NCBI GenBank assembly: GCA_022827055.1
Contig: JAJDTR010000156.1
Location: 27,596 to 91,595, forward strand
Source of the DNA: Candidatus Poribacteria bacterium
GTDB taxonomy: Bacteria > Poribacteria > WGA-4E > JAJDTR01
Reading direction: 5' to 3'
DNA: 64,000 nt
This document shows positions 19,562 through 28,627 of the stretch, piece by piece. Numbering within the stretch: position 1 is the stretch's first letter; the number at the start of each line of letters is the position of its first letter. The notes under the pieces are model-generated. The model searched no databases and was not told the DNA's origin. It worked only from the letters and a program-made list of their open reading frames with translations. The translations under genes were made by a program, and so were the position numbers.

Positions 19562-20866
19562 TCAAGTTTTTTGCGGCTTCTTTTTTGCAGCCGGAAAAAG
19601 TATGTTGTTAAGGATGAGTCGATATCCCGGTGAGTGTTTGTGGAGATCGAGGTTGGTGGGGATTCTGCCTTCTCCAACGGTATGCCTGTAATCTTCCGGA
19701 TCGTGCCCACCGAGAAAAGTGAAAGTGCCCTTCCCCAATTTTCCGTGGATGTACTTCGCATATCGGCTGCCCTCAATGTCACCGAGAATCGTTACGGTAT
19801 CGCGAATGATGGCTTTATTGAAGGACGTAGTTTGTCCTAGGTAACCACGCACCCTACTCACATGATTCTGTGTGAGCATTGTGGGTATCGGATCGTGCTT
19901 GGCAGCGAATTCAAACAGAACGAAGTCTTCAACACCCGATAGCGGGTTATGGTCAGGCTGCGGATTATCTATATTGGAAAACTCATATCGATTTGGATTC
20001 GTGTACAGCATGAAGTTTTCGAATGCGAAGGTTCGCTCAAAATCCAACCGTTCTTGGTAATTCGGTTCGAGCGGCGTGCCGTCCAACTCCGGCTCAACAA
20101 TGTCAACGCGTCCTGCTCCCGTAGCGCACGCGATATCCAGTGTTTCAGGCGCCGAACACATTGCAAAAATGAACCCCCCTCCAACGACATAATCTTGGAT
20201 TCGCTGAGATATGAATCCCTTGTGAGAGGGCACACGATTAAATCCAGCTTTGGCGGCGGCTTCTTCAAACAAACGCACACGCTGCTGATACCAAACCGCA
20301 CCCTTGAAAGCTCGGTAAAACTTTCCATGTTGTCCGGTGAAGTCTTCATGGTGCAAATGGAGCCAATCGTACTTGCCCAACTGTAAGACACCGGCTTCAA
20401 CTTGTTCATCCCAAATCGTATCGTACGGTATTTGCGCATAGTTCAACGCTAGTTTCACGGCATCATCCCAGGGATCGCGGTATGGGGTATTATCCGGTGG
20501 TGCATAAACAGCGATTTTCGGCGCTTTTTCCAGAAGGATCTCGTCCATGTTGTTGCCCTCCATCTCTACTTGAATGCCGCCGTATTCAAGATTGGAGATG
20601 GACTCAAAACCGACGCCCATTTGCTGTGCTTTGGCTTGTACATCAGGCGAATCGATAAGGAGGAACGCGCCCCCGCGATAGTTTAGCAGCCACTTCGCAT
20701 TGTATTCTCGAGGTGCTTCGAGTGTCCAGTAGGTTAAGCCGTAAGCTTTGAGATGATTGGTTTGAACTTGGTCCATGGGTACAAGCAGCCATTGCGATAA
20801 CCCTCTGTTCGCTACTGACATTAGCATAAATATTAAAATCATTGAAACGCGGTTGAGTGAAAGCAT
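19562..20866 (-). CDS. Secreted conserved hypothetical protein
   Basis: 434 aa with an N-terminal signal peptide. The C-terminal FTFLGGHDPEDY segment is reminiscent of class-I glutamine-amidotransferase-like folds. No confident family call. Confidence 0.6.
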   Translation of the reverse strand: MLSLNRVSMILIFMLMSVANRGLSQWLLVPMDQVQTNHLKAYGLTYWTLEAPREYNAKWLLNYRGGAFLLIDSPDVQAKAQQMGVGFESISNLEYGGIQVEMEGNNMDEILLEKAPKIAVYAPPDNTPYRDPWDDAVKLALNYAQIPYDTIWDEQVEAGVLQLGKYDWLHLHHEDFTGQHGKFYRAFKGAVWYQQRVRLFEEAAAKAGFNRVPSHKGFISQRIQDYVVGGGFIFAMCSAPETLDIACATGAGRVDIVEPELDGTPLEPNYQERLDFERTFAFENFMLYTNPNRYEFSNIDNPQPDHNPLSGVEDFVLFEFAAKHDPIPTMLTQNHVSRVRGYLGQTTSFNKAIIRDTVTILGDIEGSRYAKYIHGKLGKGTFTFLGGHDPEDYRHTVGEGRIPTNLDLHKHSPGYRLILNNILFPAAKKKPQKT

Positions 20867-20977
20867 TTTTCGTAATTGTTTAGTCCACAGACTCCTTGCG
20901 ACGAATACAAGGCGCTCCCTTTATTCCACAACCGATGGCAATTTCTCCCATGTACCCAATATGCGAGCGATATCCCT

Positions 20978-21104
20978 TGTGGGAGGGGCATCTTGCCCCG
21001 ATGCAGGAGCGATTCCCTACCGAAAGTAGATTTTCATTGCATAGTTGTTTAGTGAGTTGATTTATCGTGAACGCGGAATATCGGGGTAAGATGCCCCTCC
21101 CACA
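20978..21104. repeat. Inverted pair of REP-like units
   Basis: TGTGGGAGGGGCATCTTGCCCCGAT (20978-21002) and ATCGGGGTAAGATGCCCCTCCCACA (21080-21104) are reverse complements with one transition, 77 nt apart. Each arm is itself a GGGGCA/TGCCCC hairpin. Confidence 0.7.
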
Positions 21105-21230
21105 TATAATCTAGGAATGCCCCGCTGCCGATAGTCAGGCGCAATACATTGCCAAACCAATATTGACACTCGTTTTGGCTGAACTAAACAGTTACCATTT
21201 TTCTATCTGCGCCCCCGAGTCGTCGTGTCA

Positions 21231-23960
21231 TTAGGGAACAACGCACGGCTCATTGCCATACAGTATTTGACCTTTGTGAATAACGGGTCGGCTATCGCCT
21301 CCATCGCGCGATATTAACCACAGTTGACCATTGTTTTCGTAAAGGATTGTGGAACCATCTGGGAGCCAGACAGGGTTTTCGCCACCGTACCGGGTAAGTT
21401 GACTTTCTGACGATTCGCCTCGTTTATTGAATCTGATAAGCCAAATTTGGCGATGATTTCCTTCCGCACGCGAGAAAGCGACAACGTTCGCATCAGATGG
21501 TGACCATGCGGGATCGGCATCGTCTTCATTACCAATTACAATCGGCTCCACACTTTCGTTGACCCGATCATATGCGAAGATATTTCGTCCTGCCGTGCTA
21601 CCTACGTTTTCAATACTTCCAAGGGTACTATATGCCAATATTTCTTCATTGCGGCTCCATCTTGGCGTTCCCATCTCTTGCGCGGTAGAGGGGAGGAGGA
21701 GTTCACTATTTGACGGCAGATGCCGGATAACTATTCGCTGCCGATTGATTTGCTGCTGGGTGAACGCAATGTAGTCACCGGACGGAGAAATTTGGATTTC
21801 TTTCGCGAGCTGCTGTCGGCTCAACAGCACTCCCGAATCCTGCGAGCCGGCGTTTTGTCCCAACACATTTCCTTCTGTATCCAAGTAAGCGAGCCGTCCA
21901 TTCCGGGCAACGGTCGGGTTACTACCCGCTCCCACTGGATTTAACGCGCCCCTTGGGTGATATTCCCATATGATTCCATCGTAACTATAATAGAATGCAG
22001 CATTCAGTGAGGTCGAATCTAAGGTATTATTCACATCAGAAGGCTTTTCTCCGCCTTTAAGCTGGTTTTGCGCTTGTGCGAGCTGTTGCTGGTCTACTTT
22101 AGGTTCGAACTCCAGTTGGTCGTGCAATTTCCAACCTGTCGGAGTCAGCGAAAAAGTGAAACGGTGTCCCAGAGTCCAATAGCACCATTCCTCAAGCTCG
22201 CGTCCAAATCGGGTAAATCGAAATATGTCTTCCGGATCGCCATGTTGATATTTGATTTCGGACCTATGACCATCCTCAAATTCGGCGATGTTGCCTTCCG
22301 AATCAATGTACATTGCGAATATCTCTATGTCGATATGCTGAGTAATAAATTCATCAAACACGGAAACCAATTGAGGCTTTCCGCGCACGGGTTGGCGCGT
22401 TCCGTAGACTCCAACGCCGTCCTTTAGACCCGTCTGTCCATCCGCGTCAATATCAACGGCGACTGTTACGTAATAATCGCCCGGAGGAACAGACACTGTA
22501 TACCGGCCGTTGTCTTCCAAGTTGAGGGCGATGGGAATAACGGAGCTAAACGTCGGCGTGTCGGAAAGTGACAGGATGCCTCCCCTGAACTCCTTGCCGT
22601 CCCAAATGATGCGCCCCGATAATCCTGTCTCGGCTTTGCTTGATTGCACAATCTTATGTTTCGACTCGGTCGGCTTAAGTTGACCGTCTACGTCATACTG
22701 CGCACTCACTACAATTTCAACTTGGGCATTTTCGCCACTTTTTAGGGTAAGTGCCGCGGGCGGTCTCGTTGTCATGTCCATCGTACCGTAACCGCCGACA
22801 CCGTCGCCGGAACCGTATTGACCGTTCCCGTCCGCGTCAACGCTGGCTATCATATAAAAATCTCCCGGACGCAGTTGAAGCTTGAAGCTACCATCCGGCT
22901 CAACTTCCACTTGCTGAACAGGGCGTGTCAAGGTGGGGTCCACATATACCTGTAAGACACATCCATCAAGATTATGCCCACGCCATAAGACCTTTCCCGA
23001 GACTTCGACCTTCTTGTCGTCCAAGGGAGACGAATCAGAATCGGCGTCGACAAGTGGGACGACTCGACCACTTTCAAGCTGCTTTCCCGAAATCTGAATT
23101 TGGACGCCTTTCGTGAATTTATTGGCGGCGACCAAAATGGGTTCGGGAAACGCCTTCCGATTTTGTAGATTGGTAATTCCGTGGATGCCCAGCCAATCCC
23201 CGTGATCAATAAGATTTGAATCGTTCCAGTCAATAATTACCATTAAGTAATATTTCCCTGGATTTAAATGAAGGGTAAAACTCCCATCACTCTCTATGCC
23301 AGTTTTGGCTGCCAGGTATTTCCAGGAAAGATCTGTATAAGCGCGCACAGAGGTTTTTTCAACAGAAGCGCGAGTGGCGTAGCTGATGATTCCTTTTACC
23401 CCAGAAGAGGATTGCTCAAGTTCCGACTTGAATTGGTCGATTGGATCGGGCCGATAGTGCTGTGCGCTGACGATTTTCCCTCTTTGATTTCTAGCCGTCA
23501 CATGAATCATCAGCCCGGAAATTGTCTGCTTCGGTCCAACTTTGAGCAACTGCTTTTGCTGGCCTGTATTGCGCCAATCCGCAATACCCAGGATTCCCGT
23601 ACCGTCGCCATCGTCGAATTTCCCTGACCTGTTCACGTCAACGAATGCTACAACATAATAGCTGCCCGGTTCAACCCGTATGGAAAAGCGTCCGCCTTCA
23701 ATCTTGGTAACACCCGTGTACAAATTGGTCAATGTCTTGTCTCTGTAGACCTGCACGGTTGTCTGGGAAAGATCCTTGTTTTTCCAATTCACCTGTCCCT
23801 TAAGAGTCGCGGTTGCACGCTGTGCGAAAGTTTCAATTAACTGCTCGCCTTGTTTCTTGGCGGATTCCGTCTGTGCTGCGCCAGCCTGAACAGCGACGAT
23901 CAGTGTTAAAGCGAATATGAGGACTAGATTGAACGTTTTTACTGCGTGATTCAGTTGCAT
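21231..23960 (-). CDS. Secreted modular protein: four DUF2141/CarboxypepD_reg-like beta-sandwich repeats plus a C-terminal TolB-like PD40 propeller
   Basis: Signal peptide, then four modules of about 130 aa. Each module ends in PG.YY-hydrophobic-D.D..G....GDG.G..G: VDVNRSGKFDDGDGTGILG, IDWNDSNLIDHGDWLGIHG, VDADGNGQYGSGDGVGGYG, VDIDADGQTGLKDGVGVYG. C-terminal PD40-type blades: SPSGDYIAFT, PRWSRNEEILAYS, PAWSPSDANVVAFS, PVWLPDGSTILY. Confidence 0.75.
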   Translation of the reverse strand: MQLNHAVKTFNLVLIFALTLIVAVQAGAAQTESAKKQGEQLIETFAQRATATLKGQVNWKNKDLSQTTVQVYRDKTLTNLYTGVTKIEGGRFSIRVEPGSYYVVAFVDVNRSGKFDDGDGTGILGIADWRNTGQQKQLLKVGPKQTISGLMIHVTARNQRGKIVSAQHYRPDPIDQFKSELEQSSSGVKGIISYATRASVEKTSVRAYTDLSWKYLAAKTGIESDGSFTLHLNPGKYYLMVIIDWNDSNLIDHGDWLGIHGITNLQNRKAFPEPILVAANKFTKGVQIQISGKQLESGRVVPLVDADSDSSPLDDKKVEVSGKVLWRGHNLDGCVLQVYVDPTLTRPVQQVEVEPDGSFKLQLRPGDFYMIASVDADGNGQYGSGDGVGGYGTMDMTTRPPAALTLKSGENAQVEIVVSAQYDVDGQLKPTESKHKIVQSSKAETGLSGRIIWDGKEFRGGILSLSDTPTFSSVIPIALNLEDNGRYTVSVPPGDYYVTVAVDIDADGQTGLKDGVGVYGTRQPVRGKPQLVSVFDEFITQHIDIEIFAMYIDSEGNIAEFEDGHRSEIKYQHGDPEDIFRFTRFGRELEEWCYWTLGHRFTFSLTPTGWKLHDQLEFEPKVDQQQLAQAQNQLKGGEKPSDVNNTLDSTSLNAAFYYSYDGIIWEYHPRGALNPVGAGSNPTVARNGRLAYLDTEGNVLGQNAGSQDSGVLLSRQQLAKEIQISPSGDYIAFTQQQINRQRIVIRHLPSNSELLLPSTAQEMGTPRWSRNEEILAYSTLGSIENVGSTAGRNIFAYDRVNESVEPIVIGNEDDADPAWSPSDANVVAFSRAEGNHRQIWLIRFNKRGESSESQLTRYGGENPVWLPDGSTILYENNGQLWLISRDGGDSRPVIHKGQILYGNEPCVVP

Positions 23961-23998
23961 CGAACTCTCTTTTGGATACTAGGGACTAAAAACGAGTG

Positions 23999-24478
23999 CT
24001 ATTGAATCGAACGGATGAAATCTTGAAATTCTCGGCTTTCACGAATCGTGTCAAAATTTTGGTCAGTTTGAATTGCCTTAATCAATTCCTTATCATGAGA
24101 GACCGCTTGCCGAAGGTGTGTTATTGATAGGTCGCGCTGATTTCCGCGCGCGTAAGCGCGGGCAAGATTGTAATGTGCACTGGCATAGCCGGGATCAATA
24201 TAGATGGTTCTTTTCCAAGCGAAAATGGCATGACTCCATTTCTCTTGCCGGCTGTACGCCACGCCCAAATTGTAGTAGGGTTTTGCCCATCTAACATCTC
24301 GCTTGATAGCCAGTTTGAACTCAGTTATTGCCTGATCCAGGTCGCCTTGATTAGCGTAGTCTAGTCCCCAATTGAAATGGGCTACTGCCGCATCAGGTGG
24401 ATTAACGGAAGCGCGCGGAGCGCACGCGCCGTGGGAGCAACTCATTCCAACAATGAAAAGAACCGTCAGCCATCTCAC
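23999..24478 (-). CDS. TPR-repeat lipoprotein
   Basis: Signal/lipobox-like N-terminus, then three or four 34-residue TPR units (AHFNWGLDYANQGDLDQAITEFKLAI..., YYNLGVAYSRQEKWSHAIFAWKRTI..., HYNLARAYARGN...). Confidence 0.75.
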   Translation of the reverse strand: MRWLTVLFIVGMSCSHGACAPRASVNPPDAAVAHFNWGLDYANQGDLDQAITEFKLAIKRDVRWAKPYYNLGVAYSRQEKWSHAIFAWKRTIYIDPGYASAHYNLARAYARGNQRDLSITHLRQAVSHDKELIKAIQTDQNFDTIRESREFQDFIRSIQ

Positions 24479-24627
24479 TCTTAATCTCCCTATCTTGTTT
24501 TTATTCCAATAATCAGAACTCCAGATAGAATTTCTACGCGAACCGGTCGGATAGACTTTTATGTTTACTTCGGGTGGGGTGGCTGATTACCGATAGGCTG
24601 ATCAACTAAGTTTGATGCAAGGACAGG

Positions 24628-24672
24628 TTGGCAATGATGGCTATCGTAGTCATGGTATCGCCATCATTGCCA
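24628..24672. other. Perfect 13-bp hairpin downstream of the ThDP-enzyme gene
   Basis: TGGCAATGATGGC (24629-24641) and GCCATCATTGCCA (24660-24672), with an 18-nt loop, 34 nt past the minus-strand stop at 24706. No U-tract, so it is not a canonical intrinsic terminator. Confidence 0.4.
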
Positions 24673-24705
24673 GAGAGTTGTATGGGATGTGCCGCGGCCG
24701 GGTTT

Positions 24706-26340
24706 TTAAGAGAATTCTCCTTCCTCTCGTGTTATTATCTCAAGCAGTGCGGGCTTTTCGGCTTCTATCTCTTTCTGTGCTCGATTGATTGCCGGAATAA
24801 TCTCGGCTGGGTCTTCGACTCGTTCGCTATAGCCGCCCAAACCCTCGGCAACTTTCGCGTAATCACCTGAAAGGTATGGTGTACCGTATCGTTCTGTCGA
24901 AACCGGCATATAGGATTTATAGTTGCCGAGCGCGGAGTTGTTGAGGATGATTGTCAGGATGGGGATACGCTCCCGGGCAGCAGTCTCAAAGTCCATTCCT
25001 GCCATACCAAACGCTGCATCGCCCATTATGTTGACAGCCAGGTTTTGGGGGGCGGCAAGTTTTGCTCCCATGATTACGCCTAAGCCAAATCCCAACTGGG
25101 TCGATTTTCCCCAACCGATGTAACCGTGTGGAATAATTGACTGGAAAAACGGCATCATCTGATCGCGCGGATTACCGGAGTCGTGAGTGACCATCGTCTT
25201 TGTGCGATCGACCGTGTTCATCAAATCCCAAATCACTCGATAGGGATTGATCGGTACTTCGTCCGAGGAAAGCTTCGGCATCCACTTATTAAGCCATTTG
25301 TCTTTTACAGCCTTGATTTCTTGAACGAGTTTCGGGTTGCTTTCTCCGCCACCGCCTTGGTTTTTGACTTCTTCAATTAGTTGACGCAACACCAGTTTCG
25401 CGTCTCCAAGGATCGGGTAGTCGATTAAGTATTCCTTGCTGATGTCAGTTTCGCTAATGGAGTTCTGAACAAGGATCTTTCCTGGTGGTATGTTGGTACA
25501 CATCACCTGTGTTGAGAATCCAGATCCAAGTCCGAAAACGAGGTCAGCTCTGTCAAGGAACGGCGCGACGCGTTCCAGGCCTTTATATCCGCTTGCACCG
25601 ATTGACAGCGGATGATTTTCCGGAAATGCGCTCTTTCCAGCCATCGTAGTCATAACAGGAAGTTGAAGCAGTTCCGCGAATTCAACGAGTTCGTCGGTTG
25701 CTTCTGCGTAAAGTACACCTTGTCCTACATGAAGCAGAGGATTCTCGGACGCCAGCAGCGCTTTTACTGCGGCACTAACATCGTCGGGATTTGCTGCGGG
25801 TTTGGCTGGTTTCGGCGGCTTATACTCGAAATCGTCGTCTACATCATCGCTCATGACATTACTCGGAATCTCAAGCATCACCGGGCCAGGTTGTCCCGAT
25901 CGGAGCAGGTGAAATGCCCGATGCATCATATTCGGGATACGTTCCGCCATGTTGATTTCCGCCACCCACTTAGTAACTCCTCCATAGTGCCTAATTGACT
26001 CAAATCCCGGGGGAATGCTCCGTTCCGATTGGGAAATTCCGCCCGGCAGCATGAGAACGGGTGCAGAATCCGCGAAAGCGTGGGCTACACCGGCGAACGC
26101 ATTCTCGCTTCCGGGTCCGCCTTGCACACAACCAACCCCAAGGCGCTTACCATTGGATACAAGACTATAGCCGTGTGCCATGTTGATTAACGTGCGTTCC
26201 GTCCTCGTCATGATCGGACGGATGTCAACTTTTGCACACGCCTCAATTAGGTCGTTTGCAGGAAAACAGAAAAGATACTCGACGCCTTCAAGCTTCAGTA
26301 TTTTCGCAACTACCTCGTTTGCTCGCATTACAATCTCCAA
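24706..26340 (-). CDS. Thiamine-diphosphate-dependent enzyme (acetolactate synthase / sulfoacetaldehyde acetyltransferase-like)
   Basis: 544 aa. ThDP-binding motif GDAAFGMAGMDFETAARERIPILTIILNNSALG (GDx...NN). Three-domain length typical of the family. Substrate not assignable. Confidence 0.8.
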   Translation of the reverse strand: MEIVMRANEVVAKILKLEGVEYLFCFPANDLIEACAKVDIRPIMTRTERTLINMAHGYSLVSNGKRLGVGCVQGGPGSENAFAGVAHAFADSAPVLMLPGGISQSERSIPPGFESIRHYGGVTKWVAEINMAERIPNMMHRAFHLLRSGQPGPVMLEIPSNVMSDDVDDDFEYKPPKPAKPAANPDDVSAAVKALLASENPLLHVGQGVLYAEATDELVEFAELLQLPVMTTMAGKSAFPENHPLSIGASGYKGLERVAPFLDRADLVFGLGSGFSTQVMCTNIPPGKILVQNSISETDISKEYLIDYPILGDAKLVLRQLIEEVKNQGGGGESNPKLVQEIKAVKDKWLNKWMPKLSSDEVPINPYRVIWDLMNTVDRTKTMVTHDSGNPRDQMMPFFQSIIPHGYIGWGKSTQLGFGLGVIMGAKLAAPQNLAVNIMGDAAFGMAGMDFETAARERIPILTIILNNSALGNYKSYMPVSTERYGTPYLSGDYAKVAEGLGGYSERVEDPAEIIPAINRAQKEIEAEKPALLEIITREEGEFS

Positions 26341-26711
26341 AACTGCGATGACATGACACTCACAATTGGTCCGGGGACTCTCAACTCAATAACCGATGGA
26401 TAATCTGACAATTGTTATGTTGATTTCAGCAACCAGCGATAGGTGGTTCGGTTACTCATCATCATTTGCTTTAACTACCTTACGATGAAAATCGCGATGT
26501 AGTTTTTGGCAAGATTCAGAAACCGAGTTACAACGAAAAAATGGGGCTACAAACTCCAAAATTTTAACATGGAAGCTAGACAGTGTCAAGAGTGCGTTTC
26601 AGCTGTTGAGCGAAGCGCCCCACCGCCTATCACGAATCTCTATATGGAATCGCCAGCGTTCTAGCAGTTTTGATTTATCTTGATCATTGCTGGCGACGAA
26701 TTGAGTCGAGT

Positions 26712-26741
26712 TCGATTACATCGTCTTCGATTACATCGTCT
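26712..26741. repeat. Perfect tandem 15-mer x2
   Basis: TCGATTACATCGTCT occurs at 26712-26726 and again at 26727-26741. Confidence 0.8.
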
Positions 26742-26912
26742 AAGTTCGCGACTGATTCTATAAGGCGGTAGGACCAGAAGAGATGTCGCACGCTTTCCTT
26801 AACGAGTCACTTGATTCCGATCTGCGGGAATGCGTAGCAACTCACTCATCTGATCTCCGCTGGAGCGAGAGCAGGTAACAGGACATATTAGCGTTTCTAT
26901 TTATATGTGATA

Positions 26913-27102
26913 CCTCTCAAGTAACACTGTTTCAAGGCTAGCGACAATACGAAAAATGAGTATCACTTGATGATGTGCTACACATTGCGCTCCGCTGGAG
27001 TGAAAAGCATTTTACGAAGGAAAACCTCATCAAAGCCTGTCATAGATCCGAAGACGAGTGTTACTTGCTGAAAAAATTATTCCGACAGGGATAATGGCAT
27101 GA
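26913..27102 (+). repeat. Intergenic structured repeat, family 2, copy 2
   Basis: Arm CAAGTAACACT (26918-26928) is perfectly complementary to AGTGTTACTTG (27057-27067). The 3' tail CTGAAAAAATTATTCCGACAGGGATAATGGCATG matches copy 1. The interior differs from copy 1. Confidence 0.5.
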
Positions 27103-27195
27103 TATCAAGATTACTCTTTTAACGCCTATAAGGTACGGAGTGAAGGATTCAATTCTCAACCGAGAGATTTAGGACACAGGAAATTAGAGATTCCG

Positions 27196-27224
27196 TTGAC
27201 ACCCGCTTTGCCTTATGATAGAAT
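27196..27224 (+). promoter_or_regulatory. Sigma-70 type promoter for the peroxiredoxin gene
   Basis: TTGACA (27196-27201), a 17-nt spacer, then TAGAAT (27219-27224), about 80 nt upstream of the ATG. A strong SD (TAGGAGGT) sits 8 nt before the start. Confidence 0.6.
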
Positions 27225-27303
27225 TTGACCCTAATCAGGAAAGGATTAAAGGCGTAATATATACTCACAATCCCTGTACCACTTTATTAGGAGGTCGTTA
27301 CAA

Positions 27304-27774
27304 ATGGCATTGGAAGTCGGAAGTGATGCTCCGGAATTTACACTCGCCGGATCCCTTGGTCAAGAAGACACCGAGGTGTCCCTGAAAGATTTTGAAGGCA
27401 AGAATTTGGTCGTCGTTTTCTATCCTCTGGATTTCTCCCCGGTTTGCTCAGTTCAAATTCCCGATTTCAACGAGAAGGCCGACGCAATTCGAGCAAAAAA
27501 CGCTGAGATCATTGCCATCAACCGTGATTCGGCATTTGCTCACAAGGCTTGGAGTGAACACTTGGGCGGCGTGGATTTTCCGCTATTGGCAGACATGAAC
27601 CTTGAAGTATCAAAGGAATTTGGGATGGCGCTTGAGGAGGTAGGCATCACAAACCGCGGCGTGATTGTTATTGACAAAAATGGGAAGGTGGCATTTTCGC
27701 ATGTCGAAGATGCGCCGCCGTATAACACACTAGCTGTAACAGCGGTTCTAGACGAACTAGATCGCTTGAACTAA
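27304..27774 (+). CDS. Peroxiredoxin (AhpC/TSA family, AhpE/Bcp-like)
   Basis: FYPLDFSPVCSVQIPDF with the peroxidatic Cys in the PVC context. 156 aa. Confidence 0.85.
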   Translation: MALEVGSDAPEFTLAGSLGQEDTEVSLKDFEGKNLVVVFYPLDFSPVCSVQIPDFNEKADAIRAKNAEIIAINRDSAFAHKAWSEHLGGVDFPLLADMNLEVSKEFGMALEEVGITNRGVIVIDKNGKVAFSHVEDAPPYNTLAVTAVLDELDRLN

Positions 27775-27796
27775 ATCGAATATCCAGATCCAACGC

Positions 27797-27832
27797 AAAA
27801 AAACGAGCCCCAATTCATCAATTGGGGCTCGT
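27797..27832 (-). terminator. Intrinsic terminator between convergent genes (possibly bidirectional)
   Basis: 13-bp perfect stem ACGAGCCCCAATT (27803-27815) / AATTGGGGCTCGT (27820-27832) with a 4-nt loop. The A7 run at 27797-27803 gives a U7 tail on the minus-strand transcript of 27923..28627. The plus-strand side has only a weak T tail. Confidence 0.7.
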
Positions 27833-27922
27833 TCTGCGTTGGGCAACGATTAATGGAGTAAGAAAAAGTCTATCGACGCTCTCCCCATTAGGTGTTGGCT
27901 CTGAAGATTCATCGGGGGATTT

Positions 27923-28627
27923 TTACTTCTGCGAGGACTCTTCTGTACCCTTTTCCTGTTTTGCTTTGGTTTTTTTGTCAAACCGATAGCTACGAATAGA
28001 CACTACCGGATATGGACCATCAAATCCTGCGACTACACCCTCCACTTCAACCTCTTTATCGGTCTTAGAGGCGTCGTGCCGAAGCTGATCGAACAAGTCA
28101 TTGTGGCTAAAAACCACTTTCTGTTCCCAAGTTCCCGCCAACATCGCATGATTGATTACTGACGTTTGAGCTCGCCAATGCCTCCAAAACGGAACATTAC
28201 GGATGTAACTACGCGCCCATCCGGGATGTGCGAAGAGTTCTCCTTTTATTTTTGCCTCAGACTTAACTATCCACGGTTGACTCCCCGCTTGGCGACCTCG
28301 AAAACGTTGATCTTTCAGCTGCTGAAGTATTTGGTAGGTGTCAAGCGTATGCGATTCAGAGAATTTGTCATCCGTTCTCGGTTTTACCTTGATAAGGGTG
28401 CTAAATAACCGTTCCCGCCCATTTTTATCAATAGGCGTGTGGAAAGTCACGCCATCGGGTTCCGCCCACGGTTCCAACCGCCGTCTAATCTGTCTTTCAT
28501 CATCACTATTGACAACACCGAACAGTTCAAATTTCAGGTTCTCGATTTCCGCATTGCTAGACGCAGTCAACCCGACGATCAGGCAAATCGTCAGAAGAAT
28601 GCCGAAATGAGATATTAACCTCTTCAT
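27923..28627 (-). CDS. Secreted hypothetical protein
   Basis: 234 aa with a signal peptide (ICLIVGLTASSNA) and a Lys/Glu-rich C-terminus. No family recognised. Confidence 0.55.
   Translation of the reverse strand: MKRLISHFGILLTICLIVGLTASSNAEIENLKFELFGVVNSDDERQIRRRLEPWAEPDGVTFHTPIDKNGRERLFSTLIKVKPRTDDKFSESHTLDTYQILQQLKDQRFRGRQAGSQPWIVKSEAKIKGELFAHPGWARSYIRNVPFWRHWRAQTSVINHAMLAGTWEQKVVFSHNDLFDQLRHDASKTDKEVEVEGVVAGFDGPYPVVSIRSYRFDKKTKAKQEKGTEESSQK

Noticed and set aside
26712-26741. Tandem 15-mer as a possible CRISPR array or minisatellite.
   Set aside because: Only two abutting units with no spacers and no cas genes. It is too short to be a CRISPR array and is kept only as a simple tandem repeat.
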